The notes under the pieces were generated by a model. The model searched no databases, was not told where the DNA came from, and saw only the letters and a list, made by a program, of their open reading frames with translations. A stretch of 35,615 nucleotides of DNA from Sulfurimonadaceae bacterium (GTDB lineage Bacteria > Campylobacterota > Campylobacteria > Campylobacterales > Sulfurimonadaceae), in assembly GCA_041562275.1 (NCBI GenBank), contig JBFEYG010000001.1, positions 1 through 35,615 of the forward strand, given 5' to 3'. This document shows, one piece after another, positions 1 through 9,806 of the stretch. Numbering within the stretch: position 1 is the first letter of the stretch; each line of letters starts with the position of its first letter. The translations under genes and the position numbers were made by a program.

Positions 1-324
1 AAACTGGTTCAGGAGTTCTATACACAGCTGGGATACACGATATCCAAGCACCCTGACTTTGTCACTGACTTCATCTTAAAAAAAGAGAAAGAGATCACAT
101 TTCTGCGTATTCAAAGTCCCAGTGACAACCAAAGTATCACGGCTAAATCATTTCAGACCTTTGTCGGTCAGACTGTCTTATATGCCTTAGAAAATCCCTT
201 GTATGCTTCCTATGAACTGAAATGGTCCTATGTAGCGTCCAAGATGATGTGTGACCAGTCCGCCAGAATATTTATTAGCAAGCATGAAGAGCGGTTGCGC
301 TTCGAACTGATAAAAGAAGCCTAA
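1..324 (+). CDS. 3' end of a hypothetical protein (5' end lies outside the window)
   Basis: Frame +1 is open from base 1 to TAA at 322-324 (KLVQEFYTQLGYTISKHPDFVTDFILKKEKEITFLRIQS...RLRFELIKEA*). It is absent from the ORF track because it has no start in the window. The D..E-x-x-x-L-R-I-Q-S pattern faintly resembles the C-terminal part of a restriction-endonuclease-fold (Mrr-like) domain; this is unconfirmed. Confidence 0.45.
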   Translation, partial: KLVQEFYTQLGYTISKHPDFVTDFILKKEKEITFLRIQSPSDNQSITAKSFQTFVGQTVLYALENPLYASYELKWSYVASKMMCDQSARIFISKHEERLRFELIKEA

Positions 325-354
325 CGGTTTACAAATAACATACAAAAGATTCAC

Positions 355-2346
355 ATGAAAAAGTTTATTATCATCACCACTTCCCTACTCCTTATTATTA
401 CGGCTCTTGCCTATACGCTTTTGTTTACCTCTGTGGGGAACAATATTCTCAGACCAAGTATAGAGGCCAGGATCAATGAGAACAGCCCCGTCAAAATACA
501 GCTAAACGAGTTCTTCCTGCGCACAGACAAAGTGAAACTGATACTAAAGAGCGATGATGACAATCTTCTGTTGGCAGAAGGAAACTATTCTCTTTTCAAA
601 CAGAGTTTTGATATCGACTATTCACTCCGTCTGGCTAAGCTTTCCAGTCTCAATACCCTTGTGCAACGCAGACTCTCCGGAAAACTTTTTACGGACGGAA
701 AGATAAGCGGCGATCTTGATCTCTTTAAGATCAAAGGAAAAAGCGACGTAGCATCGAGTTCTACTGATTATGCCATCGTCATCAAAGAAAAGGCATTGGA
801 CAAGGCAGCTATAAAACTCTCCGATGCGAACATCAAAGAACTGCTCGCTATGGCAGGCGAGAAAGCGTATGCTTCGGGAAAGATCGACCTTCATGTGCAG
901 CTTATGGAACTTAAACCCCCACATCTTAAGGGCAATATACTTTTACACGTGAAAGAAGCCAGACTTGACGGCGCTGTCTTAAAAAAAGAGTTTGGACTGG
1001 ATATCTCGAGAACATCACTTACATCTGATCTGACGGCAAATCTTGATGGTGAAAACATCGTCTATGCCTTTGATCTGAACTCCGAACTGGCTGCATTGGC
1101 CTCAAAAGGAAAGATCAATGCCGACAAAAGATATGTCAATGCAGACTACAGCCTGCGCATCAAAGAACTGGCCCTTCTAAAAAGTATCACTAAGGCTCCT
1201 CTACGCGGACCTTTCTCGACAAAAGGCGAGGTAAAAGGAGACGAAAAAGAACTTCTGATCAAAGGAGACTCCGATCTTGCGCGCTCCAAGACAGCCTACA
1301 CGCTGACATTAAACGACTTCAATCCGAAAAACATAGACCTTCGCATCAAAGATGCCGAACTCTCTAGGCTCTTGTATTTTGCAGGCGAACCCGCCTATGC
1401 CGACGGAAGTGTTGACCTTGATGCAAAAGTTAGCTCACTCTCCCCACTGCAAGGAAAGGCCAAGCTTACTCTAACCAAGGCAAACCTGAATAAAGGGCTT
1501 ATGAAAGAGAATTTTGACATTATTCTTCCCGACACGACATTGGAACTAAAAAGCGACGCGATCATCAAAGGTGACAAGGTCACGGCTGCGACAACATTGG
1601 ACTCAAACCTGGCAACACTTAGAATGAAAAAGACAGACCTTGATATCAAGACAGCCTACCTGTCAAGTGACTACGATCTGTTCATCCCATCCCTGCAAAG
1701 GCTTGAGCCTATCCTGGAAAGAAAACTCATAGGAAAACTCAGTCTAAATGGAGAAATACACAAGCAGGAGAAGCTGACTATCACGGCACATTCGAACATC
1801 TTTAACGGAAAAGTCAATGCCAAGATCGTAGATAAAAAGCTTAATGCTGATTTTAAAGATCTACAGGCTGTCGAAGTGCTCAAGATGCTCTCTTATCCGC
1901 AAGTCATAAATACGCCGGTAGAGGGTAGCCTGAGCTACGATACCGCTGCACGTACAGGAAAACTTGAGAGCCGGTTTGACAAAGCGACCCTTACCCGCTC
2001 TCAGATGACGGATCTTATCGGTGCACTTACCCATTCAGATCTGACAAAAGAACGTTTTAACCAAGGCTCTTTGATCAGTCTCATCGACAAAGAGATCATC
2101 ACCTCTGAACTTACCATGCAAAGCAAGAGTGTGAACCTTAACAGTAAAAAATTTATCATAAACTCCAAAAAACAGCTTATCGATGCCCATTTTTCGCTTC
2201 AGGTAAAAAAATATCCGGGGGACGTAATCGTCACGGGTGATATCAATGCACCCAAGGTAAGACTGGATGCGAAATCAATGGTAACTCCGGAAGTAAAAGA
2301 GAAAGTCACAAAAGAGATCAACAGGTTTTTAAAGAAACTCTTTTGA
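355..2346 (+). CDS. Hypothetical envelope protein with N-terminal signal-anchor and internal repeats (AsmA/TamB-like character, family unconfirmed)
   Basis: Complete 663-aa ORF with a hydrophobic N-terminus (KKFIIITTSLLLIITALAYTLLF). Two clear repeats are visible, with a weaker third. Copy 1: IKGKSDVASSSTDYAIVIKEKALDKAAIKLSDANIKELLAMAGEKAYASGKIDLHVQL. Copy 2: IKGDSDLARSKTAYTLTLNDFNPKNIDLRIKDAELSRLLYFAGEPAYADGSVDLDAKV. Composition is Cys-free and K/D/L/S-rich. Confidence 0.75.
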   Translation: MKKFIIITTSLLLIITALAYTLLFTSVGNNILRPSIEARINENSPVKIQLNEFFLRTDKVKLILKSDDDNLLLAEGNYSLFKQSFDIDYSLRLAKLSSLNTLVQRRLSGKLFTDGKISGDLDLFKIKGKSDVASSSTDYAIVIKEKALDKAAIKLSDANIKELLAMAGEKAYASGKIDLHVQLMELKPPHLKGNILLHVKEARLDGAVLKKEFGLDISRTSLTSDLTANLDGENIVYAFDLNSELAALASKGKINADKRYVNADYSLRIKELALLKSITKAPLRGPFSTKGEVKGDEKELLIKGDSDLARSKTAYTLTLNDFNPKNIDLRIKDAELSRLLYFAGEPAYADGSVDLDAKVSSLSPLQGKAKLTLTKANLNKGLMKENFDIILPDTTLELKSDAIIKGDKVTAATTLDSNLATLRMKKTDLDIKTAYLSSDYDLFIPSLQRLEPILERKLIGKLSLNGEIHKQEKLTITAHSNIFNGKVNAKIVDKKLNADFKDLQAVEVLKMLSYPQVINTPVEGSLSYDTAARTGKLESRFDKATLTRSQMTDLIGALTHSDLTKERFNQGSLISLIDKEIITSELTMQSKSVNLNSKKFIINSKKQLIDAHFSLQVKKYPGDVIVTGDINAPKVRLDAKSMVTPEVKEKVTKEINRFLKKLF

Positions 2347-2376
2347 GAAGAACCTGTCTGAGCTGGCTATAAAAAC

Positions 2377-3609
2377 CTAGTCGTTTTTGGCAAAGTATCG
2401 GTCTACACCGTTTGCAATACCGATCGCCTGAAGCTGCTGATAATGGTGGTCGACCATATTGACAGCTTCTGTCGGATGGGAGATAAATCCCAGCTCTATC
2501 AAGACAGCCGGCATCTGTGCACCGACGAGCACCCAAAACGGACCGGAACGGACACCGTTTCCCATAACATTGCTATACTTCTCTCTTAGTGAGGCAAGCA
2601 TATTCTGCTGCATGTCAATAGCCAGCTTATTGGAAGCAAAGATCTTCTCCCTGTTCATCAGATGAAGCGCATCGTTCATCCCGCCTGCATCCATCTTGCC
2701 GATATCCACATTCTCGATAGCCGCTACCCTCTTGGCACGGGCACTGTTGTTTATAGAGAGGAAATAGGTCTCTATGCCATGAGCCTTCTTCCAGTTCTTC
2801 TTGGGAACAGAGTTCGCATGAATAGACAAGAAGAGATCCGCTTTTTTCTTGTTGGCAAAGCGTGTACGCTGACGCAGTTCCACAAAGTTATCATTGTTGC
2901 GTGTCATGTATACCGTATATCCGCGTTTTACCAAGATATCGCGCAGTTTCTTTGAAAGCTGAAGGACAACGACTTTTTCCCTGTAGCCTTTATGACCGAC
3001 GGCACCTGCATCTTTTCCCCCATGCCCGGGATCGATGACTATAACTTTTCTTGAAAGGTTCTGCTTGACAGGTATATAGGTCAGTTCACGGTTCTCAGAT
3101 GACATCTTTATCGTCAATTCATTGCCGTCTATCTTATACTGCTGTTTGATAAGCGCATCATTTTCAAAGACGATACGAAGTGTCTTTTGATCGAACTGAG
3201 CCAAACGTATCTTGGATACAGAAGTATGTTTTAGCTGCATGGCTTTTTCTGTCAGAACAGCATAGATATCGTAGATCTTTTTAAATTTTTTATTTTTGGT
3301 GTCATTCAAAGCGAAGCTGTTAAGTTCATCTTTACGGATAGTACGGGTAAAACTGAGGACCAAGCGCTGAGAGTCTTTCCACCGTACGGATTTAAGTCGG
3401 TTCTGTGAAGCGATCGACGGGGATGTTTTTTCTGTCGTCTCTTTTTTTGGAACTGTTTTTTTGGCTTCGGTCGGTGTCGGCTTGCTTATCTTCTTAAGGT
3501 TGCGTCTTTTGAGTGCATCTTCATAATCGATGACATCAATATGAAGTTTTTTGCCTGTTTTTATCAGGCCGTTGAGACAGGTCTTGCAGAGCTCGTCATC
3601 ACCATCCAT
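2377..3609 (-). CDS. N-acetylmuramoyl-L-alanine amidase (Amidase_3 family, AmiA/AmiC type)
   Basis: C-terminal catalytic domain motifs VIVIDPGHGGKDAGAVG, FLSIHANS and LIELGFISHP. The frame stays open upstream to 3780 and encodes a signal-peptide-like segment (RFFLGLLFLGTLLFASNA). That stretch contains no in-frame ATG/GTG/TTG, so the real start is probably CTG at 3765-3763, preceded by AAGGAG (see findings). The coordinates given are the conservative ATG ORF. Confidence 0.85.
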   Translation of the reverse strand: MDGDDELCKTCLNGLIKTGKKLHIDVIDYEDALKRRNLKKISKPTPTEAKKTVPKKETTEKTSPSIASQNRLKSVRWKDSQRLVLSFTRTIRKDELNSFALNDTKNKKFKKIYDIYAVLTEKAMQLKHTSVSKIRLAQFDQKTLRIVFENDALIKQQYKIDGNELTIKMSSENRELTYIPVKQNLSRKVIVIDPGHGGKDAGAVGHKGYREKVVVLQLSKKLRDILVKRGYTVYMTRNNDNFVELRQRTRFANKKKADLFLSIHANSVPKKNWKKAHGIETYFLSINNSARAKRVAAIENVDIGKMDAGGMNDALHLMNREKIFASNKLAIDMQQNMLASLREKYSNVMGNGVRSGPFWVLVGAQMPAVLIELGFISHPTEAVNMVDHHYQQLQAIGIANGVDRYFAKND

Positions 3610-3766
3610 AATAGAACGTACATAGAGGTTTTTATAGTCATTATAGGCACGGTAGATCTCTGATTTGTCACTGCTTTGGCTGTTCTTATGCGCCCGCTGA
3701 AGGATCTCGGCATTGGATGCGAACAGAAGAGTGCCAAGAAATAATAATCCAAGAAAGAAACGCAGA

Positions 3767-4858
3767 CTATTCTCCTTGAGTCAGTTTCTTCATCAGTTCT
3801 TTGACAGAGATGATCTCGTTGATACGGTAACCGTTTGTACCCGAGAAGAAAAGGCCCAGTTCAAGGTTTCCTTCATACGCATCGGAAAGTCTGTCCGCGA
3901 TACAAAAACCGACCTCTTTGGCTTCTACCCCGCGATTACACGGAGCAACACAGTTAGAGATACATTTGATAGCAGGACCTTCACGTCTTTCAACAAGACC
4001 GGTAAGGTTTGTACGGACACCGCGGGCAGGATAGCCTACAGGAGAGCCCATCAGCTGGATATCCTCTTCTTTGGCATTGAGAAGAACATCTTTAAAGTTG
4101 GCATGAGCATCACATTCATGTGTACCGATAAAACGTGTCCCCATCTGCACACCTGAAGCCCCAAGGGAGATCATCTCTTCGATATCATTCTTATCCCAGA
4201 CGCCTCCGGCAGCAAATACCGGCATACCGCCCCATAAAGCAGCCTCTTCGACGACCGGTTTGACAAGGTTTTCCAACTGGTTTTCTTCCAGACCGCACTG
4301 ATCATAGGTAAAACCCTGATGTCCGCCGGATTTCGGACCTTCAAGTATAACGGCATCCGGAAGACGGTCATAACGTTTTTGCCAACGCTTACAGATGATC
4401 TTCAGCGCTTTTGCTGACGATACGATAGGTACAAGTGCGACATCCGGATAATCCATTGTAAATTCAGGCATATTTGTCGGCAACCCGGCACCCGTGATGA
4501 TGATATTGGCACCGGCCTCGCAGGAGTCTGTGACAACGCGTCCGTAGTCATTGATCGCATACAGGACGTTTGACGCTAGCGGTTTGTTGCCACAGATCTT
4601 TCTCGCATCTGCAAAGATCTTCATCAATGCTTCTTTAGAATAGAAGTTTTCGACTTCCAGAGGTCTTTCAGCGACAAGACGTTTTACATGTTCTTTGTTA
4701 TCATAATAACCTGTACCTACAGATGATATGACCCCAAGACCACCCTCTTTACTTACGTTTCCTGCCAGCTGGCTCCAAGAGATACCAACACCCATTCCAC
4801 CTTGAACAATAGGGATCTCAATAGTATGCTTTCCAATTTTTACTGACTTGAATGCCAT
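3767..4858 (-). CDS. Nitronate monooxygenase / FabK-like FMN-dependent oxidoreductase (NMO family)
   Basis: 363-aa ORF with the TIM-barrel FMN motifs IPIVQGGMGVGISWSQLAGNVSKEGGLGVIS and PVFAAGGVWD. Its ATG at 4858 directly abuts the tyrS stop at 4859-4861 (TAAATG on the minus strand). Confidence 0.8.
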   Translation of the reverse strand: MAFKSVKIGKHTIEIPIVQGGMGVGISWSQLAGNVSKEGGLGVISSVGTGYYDNKEHVKRLVAERPLEVENFYSKEALMKIFADARKICGNKPLASNVLYAINDYGRVVTDSCEAGANIIITGAGLPTNMPEFTMDYPDVALVPIVSSAKALKIICKRWQKRYDRLPDAVILEGPKSGGHQGFTYDQCGLEENQLENLVKPVVEEAALWGGMPVFAAGGVWDKNDIEEMISLGASGVQMGTRFIGTHECDAHANFKDVLLNAKEEDIQLMGSPVGYPARGVRTNLTGLVERREGPAIKCISNCVAPCNRGVEAKEVGFCIADRLSDAYEGNLELGLFFSGTNGYRINEIISVKELMKKLTQGE

Positions 4859-6058
4859 TTACTTTACCTTTACTGCAGCGAACTTGCGTTTTCCGACCTG
4901 CAAGACATACTCGCCTGCTTCTAATTGCAGCTGTTCGTCTTCGACTTTTATTTGGTCTATTTTAACAGCACCTTGCTTAATATCTCTTCTAGCCTGCGAG
5001 GTTGATGGCTCAAGGTCACAATCTTGTAACGCTTTTGCGATCCAGATCGGGCCTTCGAGTTCAAATGAAGGCATATCCGTCGGCAGTGCATTTTGAGAGT
5101 GTACCTTTGAAAACTCTTCCTTGGCTGAAGCAGCCGCATCTTCACCGTGAAAACGTGCCGTGATCTCCAGGGCAAGCATCTCTTTTGTATGTTTTGGATG
5201 GATATCCCCCGACTCTACTCCGGCTTTCAGCCCTGCGATCTCCTCAAGGCTCTTGTCACTAAGAAGTTCATAATAGCGCCACATCAGTTCATCGCTGATA
5301 GAGAGTACTTTTCCGTACATGTCATTCGGCTCATCCGCAACGCCGATATAGTTGTTCAAGGACTTGCTCATCTTTTGGACGCCGTCTAGTCCTTCAAGAA
5401 TAGGCATCATAAGCACGGCCTGTTCCTTGCCTGTCTCATACGAACGCTGCAGATGTCGTCCCATAAGAAGATTGAACTTCTGGTCCGTCCCGCCTATCTC
5501 TATATCACTTTTAAGGTGCACCGAATCATATCCCTGCAAAAGAGGATACAGGAATTCAGAGATCGCGATGGATGTACCGCTTTTATAACGCTTGTCAAAA
5601 TCATCACGCTCAAGCATACGTGCGACATTGTACAGTGTTGTCAATTCGAGCATACCTGCCGCACCAAGCGGTTCTATCCACTCAGAGTTGAAAACCGTCT
5701 GTGTATGTTCATGCTTTAGTATCTTGAAGACCTGTTCATGATAGGAGGCCGCATTCTCTTTGATCTGATCATCGGTAAGCTGTTTACGCGTTACGCTCTT
5801 TCCTGTCGGGTCACCGATCTTGGCAGTGAAGTCACCGATAAGAAACTGAACATCCGCCCCGTACTTTTGAAAGACTGCAAGTTTCTGCAGCAGTACCGTG
5901 TGTCCGAGATGCAGATCCGGTGCGGTAGGATCAAACCCTGCTTTTACCGTGTAGCGTGTGCCGTCTTCATAAAACTTAGCAACTTTTTTCTCTATCGCTT
6001 CCATATCAATGATCTCTGCTGTTCCCCGGCTGATCTCTTTTAATGCTGTCGTAATCAT
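4859..6058 (-). CDS. tyrS: Tyrosine--tRNA ligase
   Basis: Class I HIGH motif (PDLHLGHTV), KMSKS motif (QKMSKSL) and a C-terminal S4-like domain (ARRDIKQGAVKID). I place the start at the ATG at 6058 (MITTALKE...). It has AGAAGGAA upstream and avoids overlapping the spoT stop. The ORF-track start at 6094 would overlap spoT by 20 nt. Confidence 0.93.
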   Translation of the reverse strand: MITTALKEISRGTAEIIDMEAIEKKVAKFYEDGTRYTVKAGFDPTAPDLHLGHTVLLQKLAVFQKYGADVQFLIGDFTAKIGDPTGKSVTRKQLTDDQIKENAASYHEQVFKILKHEHTQTVFNSEWIEPLGAAGMLELTTLYNVARMLERDDFDKRYKSGTSIAISEFLYPLLQGYDSVHLKSDIEIGGTDQKFNLLMGRHLQRSYETGKEQAVLMMPILEGLDGVQKMSKSLNNYIGVADEPNDMYGKVLSISDELMWRYYELLSDKSLEEIAGLKAGVESGDIHPKHTKEMLALEITARFHGEDAAASAKEEFSKVHSQNALPTDMPSFELEGPIWIAKALQDCDLEPSTSQARRDIKQGAVKIDQIKVEDEQLQLEAGEYVLQVGKRKFAAVKVK

Positions 6059-6074
6059 ATTTATAATATTCCTT

Positions 6075-8222
6075 CTAATTTCTATACGCATCATCCGTAC
6101 GGATAAACTGTATTATTTTATATTTGTTGTCGGTCTGTTTGCGCAGTTTGTGCAAATCGCCTTCCAAACTCTGCATCTCGATCTCGCAGTATTGGACATG
6201 GTCTTTTTTCTCTTTGCCCAGTTCGATACTGATCAGATCGATATCAAGCTTTGCCAGATGCTGCAAGAATTCCGCCAAAGCGCCCTTGGCGTTGGGAAGG
6301 CTTACGATGAGATGATAGCGAAAGACCTTTTGCGAGCTCCAGTATACGCTTAGCATCGGCGTCTGATCTTCGATCAGATCATAAGCATGATGACAAAGCT
6401 TATGATGCAGCTGTGCTTTTGTCCCGACTTTGAATGCGATGATCTCATCACCGACTTTCGGATGACAGCAGTAGTCAAATACAATATCGCTTACGGATGT
6501 GTTAGAAAACACTTCCAAGCCACCGAAATTGTACTGCTTCATCTTCACCTTGTGACGCTGTAGGAACCTTTGAAAACGGTTGTTCTGCTTGATCTCTTCC
6601 AGATAGGAGTTGATAAGTGTCAGTAAAGGTTCCGGTTCATTGGCTGTTTTGCATACCGAGTCTATCAGGTGTTTCTGCTCCAGCCACTCTTTAATACGGC
6701 TCTGTTTAAGCTCCAAGACCGTAGAGAGGATGTTTATCCCTGTGAGCGTATTGATATGGCGTATACGCTGGTTACAGATCAGGCGCATGTTGCTCTTGGC
6801 TCTGGACGTCTTGACACTGTCTATCCAGGAACAGCGTGTTATCGGCTCCTCTGCTGTATAGATGCGTACGAGATCACCGTTTTTCAGTTCCGTCAGCAGA
6901 CTTGCTTTTGTCTTGTTGATCAGACAACCGATCGCACTGTTTCCGACCTCGGAATGCACTTCATAAGCGAAGTCCAGAGCTACTGCCCCGCGCGGCAGAG
7001 TAAAAGGATCACCGTTTGGAGAGAAGACAAGGATATCCTCGCTATAGAGATCGTTCTTGATCAATTCGTAGAACTCCTCGACCGAGTCTCCTTGGAACTG
7101 AAGGTTTTCCATCCATTCCAAATTGATATTGTTCTCACCGCCCTTGTACTTCCAATGCGCAGCAATACCGAGTTCTGCCGTCTGATGCATCTTAAAAGTA
7201 CGTATCTGCACTTCAAAGATGGAAGTATTGTCAAAAACTGTCGTGTGCAGCGTCTGATACCCGTTGTCTTTGGCTATAGCAATATAATCTTTAAAACGCG
7301 AAGAGAGAGGCTTGAAGTTCAAGTGCATCAGACCCAAGACCTTATAACAGGCTATCGGGTCGTTCACCAAGACACGGATCGCCAGAAGATCAAGTATCTC
7401 ATCGATGGAGACACCTTTTCTCTGCATCTTCAAGTAGATAGAGTAAGAGTGCTTGATACGGCTTTTTATCTCGAAGTCGTCCTCGCAAAACCCATTCTTG
7501 ATCATGGTCTTGTGTATCTTCTCCGTAAAATCATTGATACTGACCTGTATCTGAGAGTAATTATCTCGTATGTAGTCTTCTATACGTTCATAATCTTCCG
7601 GAAAGATATATTTAAAACTCAGGTCTTCCAATTTGTTCTTAAGGGTCGAAATACCGAGACGGTGGGCTATAGGTGCGTAGACGACCATCGTCTCTTCTGA
7701 GATCCGCTCCTGCTTCGCTTCCGAAAGTGCGTCCAGTGTCATCATGTTATGCAGTCTGTCACAGAGCTTGACGACAAGGACACGTACGTCTTGGATGGAA
7801 GCGATCAGCATCTTTCTAAACGAGAGGGCAGAAGCGATAAGCTTGTCATCCGAGTCCGATGAGATAAGCTCAGAGTCTCTTATCTTGTCGATCTTGGTCA
7901 GACCTTCGACAAGATGCGCCACATCGTCACCAAACTCTTCACGAACATGGGCAATATTGAGTTCTGTGTCTTCGACGACATCATGCAGCAAAGCAGCTAT
8001 GACCATAGCATCATCTTCACTGATCGTCGAGACGATCACAGCGACCAGAATAGGATGGATAATATAGGGTTCACCGCTTTTGCGGGTCTGTCCGATATGG
8101 GCATCTTCAGAAAACGAGAGGGCTTTTTGGATGACAACTGAGGGTTTGACCTTCTCAAAGAAAAAGGCTTTAGCCTCTTCCAGGTCATGTATGTTACGAA
8201 CGGAATCAATTATTTCTTGCAC
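6075..8222 (-). CDS. spoT: Bifunctional (p)ppGpp synthetase/hydrolase (RelA/SpoT homologue)
   Basis: 715 aa. HD hydrolase motif (AALLHDVVEDT), synthetase region (HTTVF...FEVQIRT..MH..AE.GIAAHW.YK), and TGS and C-terminal ACT-like regions. GTG start at 8222 is preceded by GGAG with a 6-nt spacer. Confidence 0.93.
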   Translation of the reverse strand: MQEIIDSVRNIHDLEEAKAFFFEKVKPSVVIQKALSFSEDAHIGQTRKSGEPYIIHPILVAVIVSTISEDDAMVIAALLHDVVEDTELNIAHVREEFGDDVAHLVEGLTKIDKIRDSELISSDSDDKLIASALSFRKMLIASIQDVRVLVVKLCDRLHNMMTLDALSEAKQERISEETMVVYAPIAHRLGISTLKNKLEDLSFKYIFPEDYERIEDYIRDNYSQIQVSINDFTEKIHKTMIKNGFCEDDFEIKSRIKHSYSIYLKMQRKGVSIDEILDLLAIRVLVNDPIACYKVLGLMHLNFKPLSSRFKDYIAIAKDNGYQTLHTTVFDNTSIFEVQIRTFKMHQTAELGIAAHWKYKGGENNINLEWMENLQFQGDSVEEFYELIKNDLYSEDILVFSPNGDPFTLPRGAVALDFAYEVHSEVGNSAIGCLINKTKASLLTELKNGDLVRIYTAEEPITRCSWIDSVKTSRAKSNMRLICNQRIRHINTLTGINILSTVLELKQSRIKEWLEQKHLIDSVCKTANEPEPLLTLINSYLEEIKQNNRFQRFLQRHKVKMKQYNFGGLEVFSNTSVSDIVFDYCCHPKVGDEIIAFKVGTKAQLHHKLCHHAYDLIEDQTPMLSVYWSSQKVFRYHLIVSLPNAKGALAEFLQHLAKLDIDLISIELGKEKKDHVQYCEIEMQSLEGDLHKLRKQTDNKYKIIQFIRTDDAYRN

Positions 8223-8251
8223 GTTTTGCTCCGTTCTTTTTAACTGTATAC

Positions 8252-8464
8252 TTAAACTGCTTTAAAACCTTTGATAGAGATCACGCCTTCTGCGATTTCC
8301 ATCAATGCCAAGTCTGCAGGTTTGAATGCTTTCGGGTCTACATTAAGTTTGCTCGTATCACCATTTTGCAACTGGTCAGCACGTTTTGCAACTGCCAATG
8401 CCAGTTGGTAACGGTCTGCGCCTGTTGTCTGAAGTGCTTTTGCAGTTAATTCTTCTAATCTCAT
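8252..8464 (-). CDS. rpoZ: DNA-directed RNA polymerase subunit omega
   Basis: 70 aa. The N-terminal segment DRYQLALAVAKRADQL is typical of RpoZ. It occupies the conserved position between pyrH and spoT. Confidence 0.85.
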   Translation of the reverse strand: MRLEELTAKALQTTGADRYQLALAVAKRADQLQNGDTSKLNVDPKAFKPADLALMEIAEGVISIKGFKAV

Positions 8465-8474
8465 ATTTTTTCCT

Positions 8475-9191
<717 letters not shown>

Positions 9192-9314
9192 TTATGGACT
9201 TTTTATACTCAAAAAGCCCTATTTATAAAATCCGTGAATTATACTTAAGATTTACTTTATGTGTGCTTATATCTCAACGGCTTAGCTTCTGAGCAGTCAT
9301 TTTTCTATTTTCTA

Positions 9315-9719
9315 CTAAGCTTTTCGTGCATCAATACCGCGCATCTGGAACTCTTCTATCTGCTTCGCATATTTAGGATTCGCCTGCCTTAAAGCCTTAT
9401 CCATATACACGATCATATTGGCTGTCGTAAGGGGATTTTTCGCATAAAAATAGACAAACTCGAAGTACTTCGTCGCCTTTCTCTCATCTTGGGGAAAAGG
9501 AAGCTCATCTGCCACCCTGTCGACCATACCCTCGAGCAAGGAACGGTCATTTTTTTCTGTCTTAAGTATTTTGATGAAGGAGTCAAGTATCTGAGTAGAG
9601 GTTTCAACCGCTTTTGGAGTGCTCTCATACTCTGTTTTTTTGGATTTTTTGAAGACAAAAACAATAATGATCAAAAGAAACAAGACAAAAAATATAAAAG
9701 CACCAACCATATAGAGCAT
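9315..9719 (-). CDS. Hypothetical small membrane-anchored protein
   Basis: 134-aa ORF with a single N-terminal TM helix (MLYMVGAFIFFVLFLLIIIVFVF) followed by a soluble helical domain. No recognisable motif. Confidence 0.6.
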   Translation of the reverse strand: MLYMVGAFIFFVLFLLIIIVFVFKKSKKTEYESTPKAVETSTQILDSFIKILKTEKNDRSLLEGMVDRVADELPFPQDERKATKYFEFVYFYAKNPLTTANMIVYMDKALRQANPKYAKQIEEFQMRGIDARKA

Positions 9720-9806
9720 ACAAGACCTTTGTTATTTTACCCGGTGGCTAATCTCTTCACCGGAACAGAAAAATTACTAAAGTATATCAAATAATCAGGA
9801 TTCTTG

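Noticed and set aside
3713-4156. 147-aa ORF on the + strand and 62-aa ORF at 3564-3752 on the - strand
   Set aside because: The first is antisense to the NMO/FabK-like gene. The second is out of frame with the signal-peptide-encoding extension of the amidase, which is the better explanation of this stretch.
6059-6094. N-terminal 12-codon extension of tyrS (MMRIEIRRNIIN)
   Set aside because: It would overlap the spoT stop by 20 nt and lacks an SD. The internal ATG at 6058 has AGAAGGAA upstream and gives a normal TyrRS N-terminus.
6669-7700. 343-aa ORF on the + strand
   Set aside because: It lies entirely antisense within spoT, whose translation carries unmistakable RelA/SpoT motifs. The antisense product has no motifs and an odd Cys/Arg/Phe-rich composition, typical of a shadow ORF.
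9741-9763. Hairpin CCGGTG-N11-CACCGG downstream of nirA / upstream of the 9719 gene
   Set aside because: It has a 6-bp stem, a large loop and no U-tract on the relevant strand. That is insufficient to call a terminator.
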